A stretch of 64,000 nucleotides of DNA from Pavona decussata. Lineage: Eukaryota. This document shows positions 13,226 to 25,540 of the stretch, piece by piece. A program made the translations under genes and the position numbers. The notes beneath the pieces were generated by a model, which was given only the letters and a program-made list of their open reading frames with translations, was not told the DNA's origin and did no database searches. The DNA lies in NCBI GenBank assembly GCA_977016875.1, contig CDRNST010000056.1, positions 6,262,001 through 6,326,000 on the forward strand. Direction: 5' to 3'. The stretch's first letter is position 1. Each line of letters starts with the position of its first letter.

Positions 13226-16200
13226 ATGTCGTGCTTTCTGTCACGTTCAGGGATTTGTAGTGATTCAAGAGGCATTTCAGGTTTCTTTAATTTGCTCCAT
13301 TGCACTGAATCAATAGAAAGCCACCTTGCGTCTGTCCATTTATCGCGAGAAACTATAACGGAGGGAGAGCTAATCCTGGCCAGGGCCGGCCTTTTTGATT
13401 TGGAACAGACCGTCGTGGAACAAATGTCGGTATGCGCCAAACATAGACACACCTTGGGGAAGTTCTGGCGCCCGAGAACAGCATGCCAGTATCCCGCTCA
13501 TCAGGGACGTCCTGGTAGGAGCCAGAAGGGGACAAAGAGCCGGTATTCTGTTAATCTTGAAACGTCTAAGGCTATTTATCAAATGTATGGTGTCCTTGTC
13601 CAAATCGGTTCAGGTGCGTACATAAGTTACTTCCTTGTGACCGTTCTCTTACATAAAATCAGTTATAGCAAACTGACTTTTATTTATGATGAAGAACTTC
13701 AAGTTGGTATTGAATTTTTCTAGGATAAAATTTTGCAACAAGTTTAGAGTGAAAATGTGGCGGGGAAGTGTGCCTAATTCGAGCTCCCTGTCTGAGATTT
13801 TTTCTCACGGCATTTGCGGGTGTTTTCGTTCAGTTTGTTGGCTTTTACAATTAGCGTCTAATTGAATTATCTACCTGTGTTGATAATTGAATGATCTTCG
13901 CTTTTCTCCCTGTCTTTATTTTTTTCTTTCGCACATGCGGTAAAGTTCCCAAAACAACGACCCTCGTTTAATACGTTTGGATGTAGCAGCCTTTCCTTTT
14001 TGCTCTTGCGGGTTGCACACTAATATTGCGACATAATTGGAAATGTAGAGGCATTCTTGACATCTCATTATGTATGAAATACCGGGTTCTTTGGTACACG
14101 GTACGTGATATGTTATTGGCCATCTCTTTTCTTTGCATATAATATTCTCCAAAAATGGGCCTAAAAAATCAGGGGGAAAGGAGTAAAGGAAGAGCAAAGA
14201 CAAAAACAAGGCGCGCTCGAGTTTATCCCCTTCCCCAGTCCCTCCTCGGTTTATTAACCTAAAGTAGCCCTTGCGGAGCAGAAAGATGCCGGTCGTGTTT
14301 TAGATAGTTCTTTACTTTAGGTCTCTGTGAATATAATGAAAATTGTCCAATTTTATCGCCTTCAGGGGGTTAAGGGCACCCTCACTCTCCCCCCCCCCCC
14401 CCCCCCCACATTGCGTATCAAAACGAAATTGTACTGAAACATCCCCCGATAAAAAATGTTCGTGTGGTATTTTCACATGCTTCTTAGACTGCGTAGCGCA
14501 GTAGCCCGAGCATGAGAAATAAGTCCGAAGTCAGTTGTAGAACCTTCCTTGAGTAATTTGACTTTCTTTTTGATCAAATAAGTTATTTGCATCAACTGCC
14601 GCAGCCAACACAATGCCTCTGTGAAAGAAATGCCTTGGATCTTCCGTGCAACTTCGGAAAAGGAATCTGTACAAATGTCCAATCCAGGCGCGAGGTGAGT
14701 TATTTTGTAAAATATCTGCCAACAAATGTAGGTATATAGAGAAAAATCAGACTATAACATCGTTTCTAACCTTTCGTAGAGAAAAAAACTCAGCGCGCGC
14801 ACCTATTAAAATCTCGATATTTATTAATGTAGCCTGGCTTATAATGAGTTTAATCTTATTTGATTAGTTTGAATCAATTTGTTACAGGAAGGCAATCTCC
14901 GCAATAAGATGAACATTGCCATATTTGGTGATATTCGTTATAAGATAAAGCACAATAACAACATGAGGGACGGCCCCGCCATTGTGTCAAGAATCTTTTA
15001 CTCCATAGTGAAGCCCCATTAACGCCGGTCTCTGTACAAATGGCTGTCGCGTTAAGAAAATGGCTATTGCATTAAATTGAGGGGCATTTTCAGTATCTGC
15101 TTTGGCGGGCGGGGGGAGTGGGGGGGGGGGGGGGTTGTTGCGCACGCGTTGGGAGCCTCAACAGACATATTAATAGCTACAATCTTGGACAATTGAAATA
15201 AAAAATTAAGACCAGCCCCCCTTTTTTTCAGTGATTGAAACATGGCGCGTTTTGCTTTACACGCAAATTCATACTGATTGATTTAGAATTTTTTTTCTTT
15301 TATTCTGTCCAAGATTGTAGGTCCTTGCATTTGCCAGGCCAAATATCAATTGGCTATCAATGCAACTGTGCATAGTAAAGCTTCCAAAGTGAAAGAGAAC
15401 AACTTCTTCATTAAAGAGGTTATTTGAGCCCGTAAATACTGGAAAAGCGATCTTCATAGGATGTCCATATCTCTTATTAAAGGGGGGAAGACATAACGTA
15501 AAATAAAGCACACAAAGAAGGTCGACCCCCTCCAAATTACACATTTTAAAGCGATTGAGTTTCGAGTTGGAGATGGCCAAGGTAGTAAAGTCCACATTTA
15601 AACTAATTCACTCCCTTTTGATGCACTAATGTTTTTTACAGCAAGCACATGCAACCGAAAAGGGACACGACCCGTCTATTTTTTGGACATAAGTACACTA
15701 AAAATGCCGTTGCTTGAACTTTGCTGGCTCTCAATTAAAATTAATTTTCATTTTAAGGCCTTGCAAAGAAGCAGCATCAGCTCAACTCCAGTCTTCAATG
15801 TACTCAACCATAACACCCTGTGTTTTGAGGCGGGGATGCAACCCTGATGAAACTTGGACGCCTTCAGCCTTGCTTGCATTTGACGACAGCATGGAAATGG
15901 AAGAATTTGGATTAACTGAAGAAAATACTGGAGGGCCAGTGCAAGTTTTCAATTCCTGCATTGACAGCCTTGCTGATGCTGCAAGAAAGCCTAAAATCGA
16001 TCCCCTGGAGTCACAAGTAGCTTGCTGGGAAAGTTGCCCCAAGGCTGAAAGATCAGCAGTTGTCCAGAAAACAGAGCAGGTGTGTCAGTTGTTGTGTGAT
16101 GTAATAGCGCCCAACGATGGAGAGCAATTGTTCCAGGCAGTAATAGATCAACACAACAATAAGACTGAAATTGGTGGTGTCGGCCTGAAAGCCCTCGTTG

Positions 16201-18773
16201 TTGCATATCAAAATGCCCCGTCCAGGTCTGTAAAAACACAAATACTGAGTATCTACGCCGATCGATTCACAAAAAAAGAGCTTAAAGAAATCCACAAGCC
16301 ATTTGAAGATCTCTCTGAAAGGCAAATAAAGAAGGCAAGAGCTCAAGCGAAGATTGAAGGACCCGGAATACCTGTTGAAAGATTACCGCGACACAGAATC
16401 CGTGTGGATCAGCGCCAACTAGACCATTTCTTGGAGTTTACCATGCGGCCATATTACTACCAAGATGTAGCTTACGGTACTCGCACCCTTAAACTTGAGA
16501 GTGGGGAAGAACTTGTTATGCCTAATGTCGTCCGCACAGTGGCCAGGTGCACCATCATTAACCAATACCTTGAACATTGCAAGGAAACTGGATTTCACCC
16601 GATCAGTAACTCCACCATGTGGAGAGTACTTGACGTCCAAGAAGCTTCACAGAGGAAATCATTGCGAGGTCTTGATAATACAGCAGCTGACGGTGCTGAT
16701 GGTTTTAAGGATTTGCTAACAATCGTAGACGAGCTAGAGCACGTTGGGGCAGCAAAGGACTGGTGTGAACAAGCAAGAAAGAAGCTTCGGGAAGGCAAGT
16801 TATATCTCAAGACTAAATACTGTGACCATTGCAGGGAGGATGGCAGCTCCTGCCCTGATCATTGTAGAGTCTTTGCTTTGAGCGATGCCAGTGACACTGA
16901 CTACCAGGACGCATGCAGCCACACCCATGACATGGCGTGCGCAGACTGCGAGAGCCTAAAAAGTGTCGTGGAAGAAGTAGAAGGTGCCATTCCTAAGTAC
17001 GAGGCACAGCTCGGAAAAGATCAAACAGACGACCTTCAGCATGATGCGAAGGGTGCCGCCTTTAAAATCTTCCAATGGAAAGCCCATATTTTACGAGCTC
17101 AGAATCAGGATCAAGCAAAGCAGCAAATTTTAAACTCCATACAAGAAGATGAAGTGGTCATAGTAGTTGATTGGGCTATGAAGTTTACAGTCATGAAGTT
17201 TCGAGAGAAGCAGGCAGAGTGGTTTGCCAAGAGGGGAATCAATTGGCATGTGAGTAGCGTCATAACGAGACGAGAGGAAAACCTTGAAGTAACCTGCTAC
17301 GTTCACCTTCTTGACAGTTGTCGACAGGACTGGTTTGCAGTGCTATCAATCCTGGAGAACCTTCTTTTTACCATTAAGCTGCGACACCCAGGAATAATTA
17401 AGGCCTACTTGAGATCAGATGAAGCAGGGTGTTACCACAATAGCAAGCTGGTTTCATCCTTCCGAGAGCTCGGACATCGCCAGGGGATTGAGATCGTCAG
17501 ATACGACCACTCCGAACCTCAATCGGGAAAGGACATGTGCGATAGAATCTTGTGTCCGATTAAGGCAGCTATTAGAAGGTACTGTAACGAAGGTCATGAT
17601 GTCGTATCTGCACAAGATATGCATACCGCTTTGAAAGAGAGGCCAGTTAAGGGGACGACAGCGACGGTCTGCACTGTCCAAGAGCAGTACACAACGCTAG
17701 AGATAAGGAAGATTCCGAACTACAGCAATCTACACAATTTCGAGTTTACTAAAGAAGGCCTACGTGTCTGGAGAGCGTTCAATGTCGGTCCTGGGAAGTT
17801 TATTCCATGGAATGACATTGTAATTTGTCCACAGAGAAAATCAGATCTCATGGAGAAGATCCCATTCTTCCTTACTACTGCTCGCCAGTTCACGTCAAAA
17901 GAGCAAAGCAGAGCCGATCTCAGTGAGAACAAGCTATATGAATGTCCCGAGCCAAGCTGCAATGAAGAGTTTCAAAGTCGGTCGGACCTAGACCTCCATA
18001 TGAATATGTTTGGTCATAATGCAATCCTGCGACAGCCTGGGAAGGAGTGTCTGTATGATAAGCTAAGAAGAGACTGGGTCAGCCACTTCCAGACGTTAAC
18101 AATACAAGGGGAAGGATTGACGGGAGCATCAGCAGCGGTGACAGAATCCCTTTCAAGTACCCCACAATTACAGAAGGGCTGGGCACTTCACAAAAAGTGC
18201 GGAGGGGCGAGGTTTCCTGAAAAGGTTCGGCGGTATCTGACGCATAAGTTTAATATTGGGCAAGGCACTGGCAGGAAAGAAGATCCAGCACAGGTTGCTA
18301 AGGATATGCGAACGGCTTCCACAATAGGCGGAGAGAGAATGTTCGATAGAACGGAGTGGCTCTCTAAGTGTCAGATTCAAGGTTTTTTCTCGAGGTTATC
18401 AGCAAGCATCAAGCAGGGGCACCAGATGGACATGGTGCTTACAGAAAGTGAAAAAGAGGATACCGACGCAGAAGAGCTGGACGATCTGGTAGAGGAGTAC
18501 GCTTGCGACATAGATGAGGAACGCCTAAGAGATACAACAGAGGTAGTCCTGGGGAAAATAGGCCTGACCCACCCAATCCTGTACGATATTTATGATTTGT
18601 GCACCTTGTCAAGAGATGGGAAGCTACCAAGTTTCAAGGTTCCGATGCTTAGAGAGATGTGCAAACATTTTGATCTTTCAGTCCGATCCAAAGATACCAA
18701 GGCAGTCCTTCTTTCAAAAATGAAGGAAATGATCTCGGAGTGTAGTTGCAATGCAATGCCGAATAAGCAGTGA
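13226..18773 (+). CDS. Sola3-like DDD transposase, 3 exons (13226-13613, 14583-14694, 15758-18773), 1171 aa, apparently intact
   Basis: Splice phases 1 and 2 match, total 3516 nt; motifs VVDWAMKF..REKQAEWFAKRGINWH, LRSDEAGCYH, SEPQSGKDMCDR; C2H2 finger CPEPSC..H..H; HTH-like and SAP-like C-terminal segments. Confidence 0.85.
15177..15320. mobile_element. 144-bp MITE in intron 2 of the Sola3-like gene
   Basis: Perfect 15-bp TIR CTACAATCTTGGACA / TGTCCAAGATTGTAG; TSD not evident. Confidence 0.65.
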
Positions 18774-18873
18774 TAGTAATAACTGTGAAAGACGGGGACG
18801 AGATTAGGAAGCAACGGTCTCTGTAAACGTTTAAATTAACTAGCGCCGTATTTCTCAAGTAAAATTATGCGTT

Positions 18874-19052
18874 AGATGCAATATATCAAACACGAGAAGG
18901 TGTGTTTCATCAGACATCCAAACACTGAGAAGTAGGTTGAAAAAACGAGGCACGGATGAGTTTTTTTAAACAACTTCAAATGATCAATAATTCAAGGCTA
19001 AAGTTAGCAAAATTTTATGGTAATTAGGAAATCATATCCAAACCACGGTCAC
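18874..19052 (+). repeat. Internally deleted copy of the palindromic interspersed repeat at 43046-43338
   Basis: Shared TCAAACAC..GTGTTTCATCAGA..CAAACACTGAGAAGTAGGTTGAAAAAACGAGGCAC and CATATCCAAACCACGGTCAC. Confidence 0.85.
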
Positions 19053-20834
19053 ACTAGTGATGTAAATGAGTTCCTATGGGAACTTTCCTTGAGGTAACGT
19101 AACATCTTTTGGTGTTTTGTGTGGGACTTTTCCGCGCGGATTGCAACAAATTCCCGCCATTTTGAAACCGGGTCGTTTCTATGAGAAAAATTGGGCGCTC
19201 CAGCGCGCGCGCAAATGGTGCGCGGTCATTTTTTTTTTCGGGTATTTGTCGGACTTCGCAGATAAAACACGTTATATGTAAAGCATATAGCAATACTATC
19301 TGTTCATATTAAAAGTTAACAGTCATTTTGAAGTAAGCTTAGAAAGATTTTAAGGAAGGATTTTGTCTTCAGTTTCATTTGTTAACCACGTTTTACAGTT
19401 TCAAAGCGCGGTGCATGCAAAGGTCATTGTTTATATAAGGAAATTGTCAATATAACTGCCCCTGAAAGAGATTCACCTTAAGACATTGATGTCAACTGAG
19501 GCCATTCCCGCTCAGATTCCAAAAGTTAGTAGTTATACGCCAGTAAGCTTTAATTGTACGGTGTTGGATATTGCTTATCACGTATGAGAATAAAGAATAA
19601 TAATGTATTCAAAGCAGTGGTGAATGGAATCAATTTGGAGAAAATTAGGAACTTTATAACTGAGGAGTTTATAGGACCTTGACCTATAAACTTCTCCAGT
19701 GCAGGAGTGATGTCGTTAAAATGCCGTATCCGGCAAAAGAAAACTTTCTTCATCAAATTGTTCTGTACGTTGGTCGTAGATCGGGGAAAAATAAGATGGT
19801 CTTGTTAGCATTGTCCTTTTAGTAGTCATTTACCAAATAAAAAGGCAATCAAGTGTTGTCGATTTCAATGCATATCGCAGCATCCATTTAAAGCTGAATT
19901 GATCTTCAAGTTTTTGATACCAAAAACGTGTACAAATTTTCAATAGCACTTTTCAAAAAATAAAAATCGACAGTAGAAAACAGCGAGATGAAAGATTTGT
20001 TTACATAGGACTAAGTTTCGCAGACAGCGCATTTAGCATATTAAATGTTTACATTTTTTTACATAGCATTCAGAGGTCTGGACTGAATAATTCATCAGTT
20101 TAAAAGCATTTTTAAACGGTTAAACCCGTTTATGCGTTTTAGTTTTGTGTGCTTTTCGGTGTAGTTAATTTAGAATGGTAAACTTTAGCGATTAAGAATG
20201 TCTTGTTTTATAACAATCTGAATTTGATCAACAAGCTCATTTGCATAATGTGGGTGTCATATTCGAAAAAGCACCAAAAGTGCGAAGCCACTGTGATCAA
20301 GGAAGATAAAAAGTGCAAGGTATTTTTACATTTCTGTGCTTTCTAACATCTGTTTGGCAAAGTTCAGTTGGAATTTAGAATGGTTCGGTCTGGACTTGTG
20401 AAATAAATGCCGGCAAAGACAGGGTACTTTCACCGGTTTTCAGAAAGCGTTTTAATGAGGGTTACTAATATTAATTTTTGTGACCCTAAAAATTAAAAAA
20501 AATGAAAATGAATATGCATTTCATACCTTTGAAGGACCACTTTACTTAGGAATTATAATGAATTTTTGTGGCGTTTCCTGGTTTTCAAGCAGCGAGCTCA
20601 TCAATTTTATGCAATTTTCTATTTTCGCCACACTCAAATTTAGGTCCTCGACCGCTCTGACTGTTGTGGCCTGTAAAAAATCTATTTTAACGTATTTCCA
20701 AAAACTAAATTCATTTCATTTGCATACGACCCAAGATGATTTACTGGGCAAAGTTTGACGGCAAACTTTTTTTCGACCCGAACCGCAGTGGACTGTTCTT
20801 AGAGAAAGTGCCACTTAAAAACTATTTACAATTT

Positions 20835-21244
20835 GAGAATGATGATTATTCTAGAAAGTGACCCAGGCATACTCGGAAAAAAGAAATCTGAGTGCTCCTA
20901 TCAGGAGTCGAACCTAAGACCTTCCGATTACTAGTTCGGATGCTCTACCACTGAGCTACAGGAGACTTGTGGGAGCTAAGGCCATTAAACTAGGTTCATG
21001 GGAGGAACATCCTGCATACTGCTAGGATTTGAATGTCGAACGTGTGGTATATGAAAGAAATGTGATGGTAAATTTCCAGCCTGGTGAATGAATGAGAATG
21101 ATGATTATTCTAGAAAGTGACGCAGGCATACTCGGAAAAAAGAAATCCGAGTGCTCCTATCAGGAGTAGAACCTAAGACCTTCCGATTACTAGTTCGGAT
21201 GCTCTACCACTGAGATACAGGAGACTCGTGCGAGCTAAGGCCAT
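20835..21244 (-). mobile_element. tRNA-derived SINE-like repeat, about 1.6 tandem copies of a 259-bp unit
   Basis: 259-bp periodicity; flanked by direct repeat TATTTACAATTT (20823-20834, 21245-21256). Confidence 0.75.
20893..20966 (-). pseudogene. tRNA-Thr(AGT)-like sequence, copy 1 (copy 2 about 21152-21225)
   Basis: Minus strand GTAGCTCAGTGGTAGAGC (A box), TCCGA-ACTAGTAA-TCGGA anticodon arm with 8-nt loop, GGTTCGACTCC (B box), followed by T-run; copy 2 has mutated boxes. Confidence 0.7.
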
Positions 21245-21329
21245 TATTTACAATTTACAATTTATTTCGATGAAAAAAGAGACAACTTTCAAGCCGATTT
21301 ATAAAGTCATAAAGTTACTATGCTATTCT

Positions 21330-21377
<48 letters not shown>

Positions 21378-22669
21378 TATTATTATTCTTATTCTTATTA
21401 TTTATGTATTTATTGCTCATTAGATAAAAATACATTTCTAATTTTACAGGATAATGAGATAAAAATTACAGCTAAATTACAATAGAATAATATGATAAGA
21501 TGTGAAAACCACTAGTAATTATATCTCTTACACAACTGTGTCATAAAAGATTGCATTAAAAAAAATATCTTTTTACACAAATGTAGAATGCCGAGAATGA
21601 AAAGCAACGAGAGTCTTCTCATATCTCGGTGTATTCAAATTTAACCAAAAGCGTAAAAACTTGAAGATAAATAGATTCTAAATAATTTGAAAATAAATAG
21701 ACTAAAGTATAATTAAGCTTGTACATGAACAGGTTGAATATATACACGAAATAAAAACACGAATGATTAGACAACCCGCATTATTTCATGCCATATTGCA
21801 TGCTAGAACTCAAAAGGGAGTTGTTATAATAAGATGCAGTTGGAAGAAGTTTTGCCCGGTTTTTCTGGGTTTTTGCATCAACACTCTTGGCATGGGAAAC
21901 ACCTACCTGCAAATTGTACGAGCAGACGTTTTTAAAACTTAGCTTACCTCTTCAAAGCCTTCCCCTCTTCTGCATCGTGTTTCTTTATAAGAAGATCCTT
22001 CCGTTCCCGACATCCTCTTCCTTTCAGCTTTCCTCTTCCTTCCATTAAGCTACGGAAGCTTACGTTGCCTAAGTTTACAGGGGATGCTACAAAATAGACA
22101 ATATTTTGGGACAGCTCTTCATCCGCAATCCGCACAAGTGAGGATCTGGATGAAGCCGACAAATTTCAGTATTTGAAATCATTATTGGAGGATGCTGCAG
22201 CCAAAACCATTTCTGGTTCACCTCTTAAAAGCTCAAATTACAAGCATGTGGTCGGTCTCCTTAGCAACCAGTTCGGAAGCAAACAAGTTATTATCTCTAA
22301 ACACACCAAGATGTTAATGCAGCTACCAAAAGTGAATGATACTGGTGATCTTAAACAATTGCAGCAATTGTTCGACAAAACAGAGTTGGCTGTTCGAAGT
22401 TTTGTTTCGGAAACTGTTAAGCTGTGATTGACATTTAATTAGCTTTCTGTCACTTTAATCACAATGAAGAGTTTTATAATGGACATTTCATCTTTGAAAT
22501 TTGATCTTGTTATGCAATCGATTTTAGAACGTCTTTTTACTTCGAGACTAGGGTTTTTTCAGAACAACATTGGGACTAGTGTACATCTGTGAGTATTGTG
22601 AAATAAACGGGTTTTTTACTGTGATTACTGAGTGTTGCAAGTTACCACACGGAGGCAATTTTCGACACC

Positions 22670-22687
22670 TGGCACCTCCGACGGGAC
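22670..22687 (+). promoter_or_regulatory. Primer-binding site of provirus B
   Basis: TGGCACCTCCGACGGGAC 2 nt after the 5' LTR; TGG start complements tRNA CCA; cognate tRNA not identified. Confidence 0.75.
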
Positions 22688-25540
22688 AAGTGAGCGATTA
22701 AATCTCGAACAAGAGAAAATGATCCAAATCTTCAGGTTTAGGAAAATGCATCATGGAAGCTGCAAAACGGGAGCTGCAAACGAAGCTTACTCAGCTACAG
22801 ATGAATAGGGAAAAGACGGAAACAGTCCTTACAAGTAAAAACAGCAACCGCATCAAACGACACGTACAGTTGTTACAAGCTATTGGAAACTTGGCAGATG
22901 AAGCGAGGCGAAAACTAGAAGAAATGAAAATTGAAGGCGGCGAAGACGCACTTGCAATTACCTCATAAAGTGAAGAGATAGAGAACAAAATCGCAATGGT
23001 TGATGAAGACGTCGATAAACTGGCTGCATTCCTCACCGAGGCTAAGCAAAGGGAGACAGAAAAGGCAAGACAAGAGCAACTCGATTTCGAGAGAGAGCTG
23101 ATAGAGAGAAAATTCAGATATCACAAAGAGCTTGAAGAGAAAGATCAACAAGATTCCATTCTCACAGAGAATCAAGACGCCAAACAAACACAAGGTACTG
23201 GTACCACTGCTAAACTTCCCAAGTTCACTATTACAAAGTTCAATGGACTGTACCTTGACTGGAATCGGTTTTGGGGCCAATTCATTGAGGCTATTGACAA
23301 AACTGGGATGGTCGCGATAACAAAGTTTTCTTATCTCAAAGAATTTGTGGATCTCAAGGTGCGCAAAACAATCGACGGGCTCCCATTTACTGCGGAGGGG
23401 TACAATCAAGCGAAGAGTATCTTAATGGATTGTTATTGCAAGGAAAGTGAGATTGTGAAGGCGTATGTGCAAAATATTCTTGATCTGCCCAGGATCAAAG
23501 GTACAAATTCACAAAAATACATCAGTTTTACGAACAACTGTGTTACAATGTTCAATCACTGGAAACAATGGGAAAGCTGGGAGATGTCAGAGGAAATGTG
23601 GCGTTGACGATAGACAAGTTAGCTGGGATTCGCGGAGATTTGGTCTACAACGACGACGATTGGCAAAACTGGGATTTTGTCAAACTTTGTGATGCATTGG
23701 GCTCCTGGATACGTTGAAATCCAGTAGAATCAATTGAAGATCATCGAGATGAAACGCTGCACTCGAAACGTGATCAAATAGCGCGGAGAAGTTATGCAAC
23801 GCAACAAACACGTACATACCAGTACTGCGAGGACCCCCAGCACAGAGGTCTCGAGTGTCATCGCGTGACATCATTTGATGAAAGGAAAAACATCTTGGCG
23901 ACAAAGAAGCTCTGTTTCAACTGCACCGGACCAAAACACCAAGCAATCGAGTGCAACAGTAAACTTTCTTGCTATCATTGTGCCATAAAACATCACACAT
24001 CAATCTGTGATCGTTAACAAGCATGTGAGCCGGGGATGACCGCTTCGCAAGTAGGAAATTCAGCTGTCATTCATCCCGTAGTAATCGTCAAGGTCGCAGG
24101 ATACAAATATCGGGCCTTTCTCAACAGCGGTGCAAGCCATTCATAGGCATCATCGACTTTCGTGGATCTAACAAAAGCTAAAGCCAAAGCTTTCGGAGTT
24201 TGTCAAATTGCAATGCTTGTGGGCGTGGCTACGAGAGTCATGCAAGAGTACAAAGTGTCGATGCAGTCCGTGACAGATGAGTTTTCTTTAGACGTGAATG
24301 TGACCAAAGTCGACAAACGGGAATTGCTCTCATTGGAGAACCCCAAGTATAAGGAAGTCCTGGCCAAGTATCCCCATCTGAGAGGGATGGGCATCGACGA
24401 TGATGATGACAAAAGAGGGCTGCCTGTCCATCTCATCCTGGGAGCAAACGACTTTGCGAAAATACGTACCGGGGAGCGATTACGAGTTGGTCATCGTGGA
24501 GTCCCGTAGCTGAGTTTACACGTTTTGGGTGGATGCTAACGTCACAAGGTGCTGAGGCAGATTTATCTCCAGAGTGTATCTTGCTGTGAACTCTGCTGCC
24601 AACTTTGAGCGTGGAAAGGTGACCATCCTCCACTTCCTAACAATCAAAACGACAGCCTTCTCCAATTGAATTCCTTGTTACGCAAACTTCGACAAACGGA
24701 CATGCTAGCCCAGTATGATGCTGTTATCCGAGAGCAACTAGAAGAGGGTGTGGTCGAAACAGCACCTTCTGAAGCGATGGGAAAAGAATTCTACTTGCCT
24801 CACCGAGCAGTAGTTTGAGAGAACGCTGAGACGACAAGACTCCGAGTTGTGTACGACGCCTCCGCTCACGCCCATAATGATGCACCATCTCTCAATGATT
24901 GTCTTCACGCTGGCCCACCATTACAGAACCAGCTATGGAGCGTGTTAACTCGTAACTGATTCCACAGTGTGGTTGTCACAGGGGACATATGGAAAGCGTT
25001 TCTTCAGATAAAGATCCGCCAAGCTGAGCAAGACTCATTACGGTTTCATTAGATTAAAGACGTGCATTCGAGAGAAGTGGAAATTCTGCGTTTCACCCGA
25101 GTGGTGTTCGGTTTGGCCCCGTCCCCGTTCCTGCTAAACGGAGTCATCCAGCAACACCTTGAGCTATGGAGACCCCGCCTCCCAGAAAGCGTCAGTGAAG
25201 CATTAAAGAGCCTGTACGTAGATGATTTTATCTCAGGTGGACCCATTGTGACAGACGCAAAGAAGTTGAAACATTGAAACGGCTGAAGTTTTTGCTGACG
25301 CAAGGTTTGAACTCCACAAATGGCACTCAAATGTACCTGACCTAGAGACGACTTCCAGGGATGACGAACCCACCTTTGCCAAGCAGCAACTTGGAAACAA
25401 ATTGAATCTGGTGAAGAGTAAACTCCTTGGACTCCCATGGGACAAAGTCCAGGACACGTTAAGCGTCGTCTTTCCTGCTGAAACAGCTGAGTTGACGAAG
25501 CGCGGAGTTCTTGCAAATTTGGCCAAAGTCTACGACCCAC

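Larger units (their letters stand above)
11116..20814 (+). mobile_element. Full-length Sola3-like DNA transposon with ~710-bp TIRs and TTAA TSD
   Basis: TTAA at 11112-11115 and 20815-20818; GTGGCACTTTCT..AGAAAGTGCCAC termini; TIRs about 11116-11825 vs 20105-20814; encloses a long transposase gene. Confidence 0.88.
5768..22030 (-). pseudogene. Harbinger ORF2 (Myb/SANT-like + coiled-coil accessory protein), 4 surviving exons, convergent with the transposase
   Basis: Exons about 22030-21948 (GRGCRERKDLLIKKHDAEEGKALKR), 10755-10601 (SGTEEEDDQLKSLLEDI..REAAMETYA), 6207-6139, 5978 to about 5768 (EERKLQLEERKMRMEETKW); GT-AG junctions with matching phases; a few frameshifts. Confidence 0.72.

Noticed and set aside
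15714-15757. ORF-track start of the 1019-aa protein
   Set aside because: TTG start inside an intron; acceptor at 15756-15757 and two upstream exons give an ATG start at 13226
11172-20758. Similar ORFs 11172-11363 (-) and 20480-20758 (+)
   Set aside because: Translations of the Sola3 TIRs
11112-20818. piggyBac or Kolobok assignment from the TTAA TSD
   Set aside because: No CCY or RR termini, TIRs are very long, and the transposase motifs fit Sola3
20893-21225. Two functional tRNA-Thr genes
   Set aside because: 8-nt anticodon loop, imperfect acceptor stem, mutated boxes in copy 2, embedded in a repeat unit
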